The translations under genes and the position numbers were made by a program. From Calditrichota bacterium (GTDB taxonomy: Bacteria; Electryoneota; AABM5-125-24; Hatepunaeales; Hatepunaeaceae), in NCBI GenBank assembly GCA_018644935.1, contig JABGPL010000002.1, positions 20,139 through 84,138 of the forward strand: a stretch of DNA of 64,000 nt. Direction: 5' to 3'. Shown piece after piece: positions 58,244 to 64,000 of the stretch (the first letter of the stretch is position 1; every line of letters begins with the position of its first letter). A model generated the notes under the pieces. The model worked only from the letters and a program-made list of their open reading frames with translations, ran no database searches and had not been told where the DNA came from.

Positions 58244-59256
58244 TGACCATCTTCTCTTACACTCGAAACTACTTTTTCCGAGCGATGGTTATTTTTGTGT
58301 TTCTCGGTCTTTTTTGTAATTATCCACTAAATGCAAGGATATTTAACTTAGATCCGTTCGTTTACTACTATGATGGAGTGGATAGCAATAAGGTAATAAA
58401 TAACCTCGATCAGAAACTCAAATCAAAACTCCCTGAGCTGGAATCACAGCTCGGTGTGAAGTTCAGCGGAAAAGCTGGAATCCATCTTACTCAGACTCGT
58501 GAAGAGTTTTACCGGGTGACTCGGGGGCGTGCTCCGGGATGGGCTGGTGGGATTGCTTATTCGAGTCAGCGCAAAGTAGTTGTGAAGTCGCCACTGTTTT
58601 TTGGGCAGGGTGTATCATTGGAAGCTCTGACAACCCACGAGATTACTCATTTAATACTCCACGAAGCCACGAGCGGGAACTACCTGCCCCGTTGGCTCGA
58701 AGAAGGATTGTGCATGATTCTTGCCGGAGAATCTCGAAGCGGATCGCTTGCGAGACTTGGCAGGGCTGCCGCTGCCAGTCGATTAATGGGATTGCCTCGT
58801 GTTGATGATGTTCTTCGATTTTCTGCACCTCAAGCGGATCTTGCTTATTCCGAATCGCGTTCTGCTGCGGTCTACCTGATTGATAGATTTGGTTGGCAAG
58901 CTGTGCGGGACATACTCAAATACGTCAGAGCTGATCGAGATTTTGAAGAGGCTTTTTCCATCGCAACGGGTGTTGAATATGAGCCCTGGCAGGTGGAATG
59001 GATAGAATATGCTCTTAACCGGTATCGTTGGGTGTTTCTTCTCGATATTGACAATTTAGTTTGGTTTTCGATAGTCCTGCTGGGAACAGTTGTTATGATT
59101 ATGGCATATGTTAGGCAGAGACGGCAGATGCGGGCGTTATTAGAAGAAATGGAGGACGACGATGAGTATTTTCCAGAATATGATACCGATGAATTTCGAA
59201 AAAAATCAGAAGAACACCCCGAAGAGGACGAATGGGAGACTCCCTACAAATGGTAA
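58243..59256 (+). CDS. Peptidase MA-like metalloprotein with C-terminal TM helix and acidic tail
   Basis: Signal peptide, WAGG.A, HEITH and PRWLEEGL motifs. Confidence 0.8.
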   Translation: MTIFSYTRNYFFRAMVIFVFLGLFCNYPLNARIFNLDPFVYYYDGVDSNKVINNLDQKLKSKLPELESQLGVKFSGKAGIHLTQTREEFYRVTRGRAPGWAGGIAYSSQRKVVVKSPLFFGQGVSLEALTTHEITHLILHEATSGNYLPRWLEEGLCMILAGESRSGSLARLGRAAAASRLMGLPRVDDVLRFSAPQADLAYSESRSAAVYLIDRFGWQAVRDILKYVRADRDFEEAFSIATGVEYEPWQVEWIEYALNRYRWVFLLDIDNLVWFSIVLLGTVVMIMAYVRQRRQMRALLEEMEDDDEYFPEYDTDEFRKKSEEHPEEDEWETPYKW

Positions 59257-59392
59257 TGATAGTTTTCAAACTAAAGGCATTTAATGATTGGTGTTGTTAA
59301 TAATTAATTATGCTATATTATTAGTACACCTTGAGCAACCCGTCAAAGGGTTTGTCCAAGAGCTCATTTAACGCACTATAACTGTAACAACA

Positions 59393-59418
59393 TGGCAGAC
59401 GAGGCTGTCTGCCAGCGC
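59393..59418 (-). repeat. REP-like palindrome
   Basis: TGGCAGAC-GAGGCT-GTCTGCCA stem; same shape as the GTGGTGTCAG family. Confidence 0.5.
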
Positions 59419-59509
59419 GAAATGATCATTTTCGGACATCCCGAGCGAGTCATCCTTCTAAAGAAGGTTGTGTTTCGGTAGACACGGTTGTGATAACGTA
59501 AAGGAAATT

Positions 59510-60511
59510 ATGTTTACTACAACAGGAAGAAATTTGCGTGCGAGCGTTATCGTTATGCTGTTGATTGTGTTTTCGACCAGTCTATTTGCAGCAGGTCGAA
59601 CAGCTTTCCCCGTTGCAAAAACACTAATGACACCACGCAGCCTGGCACTTGCAGGTGCAGCTATCGCCGATCAAACGTGGGCGGGTGGTGCAGGTTTGAA
59701 CCCAGCCTCTGGTGTTAATGGGGAGCGTCAAGCGGGGTTTTCTTACGCGCGCCATTCACTGGACCTATGGAGTGGTCAACTCTCTGCATCTTTCCCAATA
59801 CCGGACAATCGATATGTTTTAACCAGCGGTTTTTACCTATCGACGTTCAATTTCGGTGAGTTGGAGAAAAGCGAACGGGACCTTGGATTAACAGGTGAAA
59901 CCTTTACTGCTGCAGAATATGTTTTTGCCGGTTACATGTCGGGTGCAGTGAATGATATCGTGACATGGGGATTATCTCTGAAGTATCTTTATGGAGAGCT
60001 TGATGAAGAAAGTGCATCAGGAGGAGCAGTAGACATTGGTGTAACCTGGGATACCGGATGGCACAACATCCGACTTGGGGCTGTAGGTCGAAATCTTGGG
60101 AAGCAATTCAGTGGATATGGGTCGGAAGAAGATCCAATGCCTTCTGAACTAATGATCGGAGGCTGTAGAACTCTTGACCACATGCCTATGACGTTACATA
60201 TCGCGGCAATATTTGCAGCGACAGGAGAAGAAGATTGGACGGTTGAGGAGTTGAAAGGGAATCCTGGGTTTGGATTCAGCGCCGGGAGTGAGTTCAGCAT
60301 TAATGCCGAAGGGTTGAATAAACCTGTTTTTGTGCGTTTGGGATATCATAGCAGAGGAACCGGAATGCAGACTGGACAGAGCCTTGATGCTATTGCTGGA
60401 CTGACATTTGGATTGGGCCTAAATATGGGTGCGTTCGATTTTGATTACACATATGCACCATTGGGCGCACTTGGGGATGTGCACAGGTTCGGAATAATAG
60501 GAACATACTGA
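59510..60511 (+). CDS. PorV/PorQ-family outer-membrane beta-barrel (PorQ-like)
   Basis: Signal peptide; TPRSLALAG...NPA, G.TFTA.E and FDYTYAP.G.LG.VHRFG motifs. Confidence 0.8.
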   Translation: MFTTTGRNLRASVIVMLLIVFSTSLFAAGRTAFPVAKTLMTPRSLALAGAAIADQTWAGGAGLNPASGVNGERQAGFSYARHSLDLWSGQLSASFPIPDNRYVLTSGFYLSTFNFGELEKSERDLGLTGETFTAAEYVFAGYMSGAVNDIVTWGLSLKYLYGELDEESASGGAVDIGVTWDTGWHNIRLGAVGRNLGKQFSGYGSEEDPMPSELMIGGCRTLDHMPMTLHIAAIFAATGEEDWTVEELKGNPGFGFSAGSEFSINAEGLNKPVFVRLGYHSRGTGMQTGQSLDAIAGLTFGLGLNMGAFDFDYTYAPLGALGDVHRFGIIGTY

Positions 60512-60549
60512 TCAGAAGAGATAACCTGTTCTAAAACTGTCAGGTTAGC

Positions 60550-60578
60550 TTGCGTTTCACCCAGAACAGCTATACATT
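60550..60578 (+). promoter_or_regulatory. Putative sigma70-type promoter
   Basis: TTGCGT, 17-nt spacer, TACATT, upstream of the ATG at 60622. Confidence 0.45.
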
Positions 60579-60621
60579 CAACATTAATTATTTAACTGGT
60601 CAAGTAACCTTAGGTGTTTGC

Positions 60622-61386
60622 ATGAAATGCCCACATTGTAAAACAAACGTAAACAAGATTCCAATCAGTTGGAAATGCCCTCATTGTGATGAAAAGATGC
60701 CAGAGCCCGGATTCTGGTACAGTTTTTCAGAGGGACTTGTAGAATACCTACAGGAAAAAGGCTTTATCTTTTGGGGAACAATTATCGCTGCGGTAATCTC
60801 TCTTATTGCAGTCGGTGAGGGTTTATTAGGCCAGGCATATCTAGTAAAATATGTTTTAAATAATTTCCTGTTTTCCATTATTATGGCATTGTATGGTGGA
60901 ATGGTTCTTGATCTGTATATGCGGGTTGTGCTACCTCTTCATATGCCTTTTGGTGGTGGTGGAGATTTTCTCTTACGTGAACGCGCGGTTATTCGTAATA
61001 TGAGAAAGAGTGCTAATATAGCGATTATTGCTGGTTTGGTGGCATGTGTGTTCTGGTTGGGACCAGAAATGTTCTTCCTGCATTTTCCATCATATTTTAT
61101 TGTATTGTCAATTACGTTAGCACTCTCAATGTCGATAGCTGGTCTATTCCTCGACATGAAAATGGCAGAGGATGTTCGGTTCAGATATTACATGGATCGG
61201 CTTGGTGTAACAGACTTGAAGAGACTTCGCCGAATTTGCACAGTAACAATAGCGGGACTTTTCATTGCAATAGTTGGTTTTTTCATCCTCAATCAGGTTC
61301 CGGATCTCTGGCATACAATTAGCAACTGGGGCATCGTCGGTACTGGAATGATGTTCTTCAAGGCATACCTTTCCTGGTTGTTGTAG
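60622..61386 (+). CDS. Hypothetical membrane protein with N-terminal zinc ribbon
   Basis: MKCPHC...WKCPHC followed by about six TM helices. Confidence 0.7.
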   Translation: MKCPHCKTNVNKIPISWKCPHCDEKMPEPGFWYSFSEGLVEYLQEKGFIFWGTIIAAVISLIAVGEGLLGQAYLVKYVLNNFLFSIIMALYGGMVLDLYMRVVLPLHMPFGGGGDFLLRERAVIRNMRKSANIAIIAGLVACVFWLGPEMFFLHFPSYFIVLSITLALSMSIAGLFLDMKMAEDVRFRYYMDRLGVTDLKRLRRICTVTIAGLFIAIVGFFILNQVPDLWHTISNWGIVGTGMMFFKAYLSWLL

Positions 61387-61399
61387 TTAGTACTGATTC

Positions 61400-62716
61400 T
61401 TGGCAGTAATGCACCAAAAACTACCTATCAGCTTAATTTTATTGGTTTCTTTTCTTCTATCGGTGATAGTTTTACCGATAGAAGCCAAACCGACAATTGC
61501 CGTTATTCTGCCTGAAACGGAACGTAATTTCCATATCGTTTCTGACATGCGACTTGCGATTGAGCAATCCTATATGAGATTCAATGATTCAGATGCTCCT
61601 GAATTTGATATTGAATTTCACAACAATTATGCCGATACAGACAGTACAACCGCTGTAACAAACCGACTTTGTTCACGACCTGAAATTGTCACAATTCTGG
61701 GTGGCTTTCCAAGCTCTTGCGCCCAGATAACTGCAACTCTCGCTCACAACGCTTCTATTCCATACTTGATAATATCAGCATCAGATGATACACTCACCCG
61801 TACTGAATCAAATCATGTCTTCCGGATAGCTCCTCCTTCAACAGATTATAATGACGGTTTAGTGTCCTGGGCGATATCAATTGCCGGAGCACGTCGGAAC
61901 ATTGCAATAATCTATGAAAATCATCCGCGTTCTGAGGAAGTTGTCGCAGATTTGATGAGGGATATGCGCAGGAGGTGGAGGGGAGCAGTTGCCCGTCACT
62001 CATTTGAGCCCGGTGAAGAAGATTTTTCAGGCTTGATCGAAGCTTTGGAGGACGACAAGCCGACGTTAGTTTGGATAATTGGTTGGTTGTCAGATACTGC
62101 CCGCTTTATGCGTCAGTGTCGGGGTGGAGACTGGACTCCGATTGCTTTTGTTGCTGGAACTGCCGGTATTGTCTCGAATAAAATGGTGTCCATTTCCGAA
62201 GGGGCTTCGGATTATCTTTTTGCACCAATGGTATGGTGGCCGAAGGTCACATATCCGTTTTCTTATGAATTTGTCAAAGAATTTAATTTTGCGAGAGATT
62301 ATGATCCCGAATACCATGCAGCAGAAGCTTATGCGACAATGCAAGTATTGCTTGAGGCTGTTTCAAAGTGTGATGTAATTGATCGATTTGAACTCTATCA
62401 TGCTCTAGATGAAATCGATATTTACACAGTAGTTGGACGGGTAAGGTTCGAGGATTATCGTGGCTTTACAAATCAGAACAGAATGACCACTATCGCGATG
62501 CAACTCCAGGGACAGCAATGGAAATCGGTATGGCCTCTGAAATATGCGGAAACAAACTACATCTATCCTGCTCCAGACTGGAACGAACGGGAAAATACAG
62601 AGTACAGACAGAAAGGACCAAACTGGCTGCCTCTATTATTTGTAATAGCATTCGGGTTGCTTCTGCTGTTTGGAAAGTGGAAACGCGATCAGATGCCTAA
62701 AGAACTTGACGAATAA
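61400..62716 (+). CDS. Leu/Ile/Val-type (class I) substrate-binding protein with C-terminal membrane anchor
   Basis: ILGGFPSS, HVFRIAP, EEDFS.LI, YHAAEAY and Q.Q..Q...VWP..YA motifs; C-terminal hydrophobic helix followed by KWKR. Confidence 0.85.
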   Translation: MAVMHQKLPISLILLVSFLLSVIVLPIEAKPTIAVILPETERNFHIVSDMRLAIEQSYMRFNDSDAPEFDIEFHNNYADTDSTTAVTNRLCSRPEIVTILGGFPSSCAQITATLAHNASIPYLIISASDDTLTRTESNHVFRIAPPSTDYNDGLVSWAISIAGARRNIAIIYENHPRSEEVVADLMRDMRRRWRGAVARHSFEPGEEDFSGLIEALEDDKPTLVWIIGWLSDTARFMRQCRGGDWTPIAFVAGTAGIVSNKMVSISEGASDYLFAPMVWWPKVTYPFSYEFVKEFNFARDYDPEYHAAEAYATMQVLLEAVSKCDVIDRFELYHALDEIDIYTVVGRVRFEDYRGFTNQNRMTTIAMQLQGQQWKSVWPLKYAETNYIYPAPDWNERENTEYRQKGPNWLPLLFVIAFGLLLLFGKWKRDQMPKELDE

Positions 62717-62729
62717 GACTCTATAATTG

Positions 62730-62854
62730 GTAGCGCAGGCGTCCCTGCCTGCGGTTGCTAATTCAGGACCTTGAGACGGACTGCCCACTGTAAGATACAC
62801 AGACCGGGGCGAGTAAAGTATTGTAGCATGCGCAGGCGGGGACGCCTACCCTAC
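62730..62854. repeat. REP doublet, GTAGCGCAG family
   Basis: GTAGCGCAGGCGTCCCTGCCTGCG (62730-62753) and minus-strand GTAGGGTAGGCGTCCCCGCCTGCG (62831-62854). Confidence 0.8.
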
Positions 62855-63007
62855 CGGCATGTGAATCCGAGAGAGACAGAATTAACAAATTGCCCATTTC
62901 GGGGGCTTTCTATACGTATATATTATGAGTATATTTTAATTCGGACTGAGATATTTTCTTTCCGTTCGATAACGAAGTGAACCTGCTTTTTTTGCCTTGA
63001 GAAGAAT

Positions 63008-64000
63008 ATGATAAAAAAACTGCCAACCTTCATCCTCCTTTTGCTGATATTCATCAGCTTGAATCCTGCATTCTGCCGGCCAATCACCGATTATGATGTT
63101 GAAGTAACCAGAGATCTATCTGGTGAATACAGATCAAATCGAGCCGATTACCTGACTCAGTTTCCAGAACGCGAGCTCAATATCGATCATGTCGAACATT
63201 TTGGTCCAAATCGAGACGAAGAAGGAACTGTTGTCGTTGCTGTGAACACCACCCTTTATAATCAGCTCGAAAATGACTTTAATGGCTGGATTGAAGGTAT
63301 TGGTGAGGACGGTTACGATATGGTGCTTATTGTTACAGACGGTGGGACCGCTCAGGAGCTGAAAGATCAGGTTATTCAAGAAGGCGGTGAAGAAATCGTT
63401 GGGGCAATATTTGCCGGAGAATTGCCACTGGCATGGTTTGAGCACAAAGAACATTTCCGTCAGGAGCATGAGCCGGATAATAACCGGATACAGGATTATC
63501 CAATAGACTACTTCTTTACCGACCTCGATGGAGTCTGGGAGGATTCAACTGGCAATGGTATATATGATTATCATCATGGGGATGTTGACCCTGATATCTG
63601 GTTTGGACGTTTGCCTGCCCACAACCTCAGTCGCCTCGATGAGGTCGACATAATTTCCGCTTATCTTGCCAAAGTGCAGCAATACCGGGCGGGGGAACTA
63701 ATGCTGCCACACCGGGCTCTGAATTATATTGACGACGACTGGTGTTTGATGGATCAGGTTTGGTCGCGCTACATCCGAAATGCTTATGGTTATGTAATTG
63801 CAGAAACAGACTCAAATACAACTTCCGCTTCTGATTACTGGGAGCACCTTGAAAACGAAGGATATGAGATGGTGCAGGTTGCGGTACATTCAACCTCAGA
63901 CAGCCATTCTTTCTTTGTTGAAAACAGAACAGCACGTGATTATTTCAGGTTCTGGGACCTGCGCGACGATGTCAACGAGAATTCGATGTTTTATAACCTC
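63008..64000 (+). CDS. Gingipain-like C25 family peptidase (partial, runs off the window; absent from the ORF track)
   Basis: Manual translation MIKKLPTFILLLLIFISLNPAFC... stays open to base 64000, with GAIFAGELP, YPIDYFFTDLDG.W, PDIWFGRL and VAVHS (candidate catalytic His). Confidence 0.75.
   Translation, partial: MIKKLPTFILLLLIFISLNPAFCRPITDYDVEVTRDLSGEYRSNRADYLTQFPERELNIDHVEHFGPNRDEEGTVVVAVNTTLYNQLENDFNGWIEGIGEDGYDMVLIVTDGGTAQELKDQVIQEGGEEIVGAIFAGELPLAWFEHKEHFRQEHEPDNNRIQDYPIDYFFTDLDGVWEDSTGNGIYDYHHGDVDPDIWFGRLPAHNLSRLDEVDIISAYLAKVQQYRAGELMLPHRALNYIDDDWCLMDQVWSRYIRNAYGYVIAETDSNTTSASDYWEHLENEGYEMVQVAVHSTSDSHSFFVENRTARDYFRFWDLRDDVNENSMFYNL

Noticed and set aside
1..64000. tRNA, rRNA, prophage, selenoprotein or recoded genes
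   Set aside because: None were recognised by eye; core genes are full length under the standard code.

Overview
64 kb of bacterial chromosome from a diderm FCB-superphylum organism that is probably outside Bacteroidota proper (inference from several T9SS C-terminal-domain proteins, five PorV/PorQ-like barrels, a Bacteroidota-type RpoZ and LptD; a Calditrichota/Electryoneota-like lineage is plausible). About 1-28 kb is accessory: secreted T9SS cargo, a monoheme cytochrome c-porin fusion behind a promoter overlapped by a palindromic operator, a REP-associated tyrosine transposase (RAYT) carrying one of its own REP doublets in frame, metH/yitJ, and a four-gene PorV-PorV-propeller-lipoprotein operon. 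About 28-64 kb is mostly housekeeping (lptD, yicC-gmk-rpoZ-coaBC-udg, dnaB-yajC-fmt-rsmB-rpe, guaB, rpsT, pyrK-pyrD-cdsA, split transketolase, priA) and ends in a partial C25 peptidase that the ORF track missed. Many intergenic spaces carry short palindromic repeats from roughly nine distinct REP-like families. I saw no rRNA, tRNA, CRISPR array, integrase or reverse transcriptase. The strongest leads are the cytochrome-porin locus, the self-invaded RAYT and its REP ecosystem, a SprE/PorW-like TPR lipoprotein fused to a TonB C-terminal domain, a DnaB with an SSB-like acidic tail, and a catalytically degenerate membrane-anchored GH2. All calls come from reading motifs by eye; no database searches were run.
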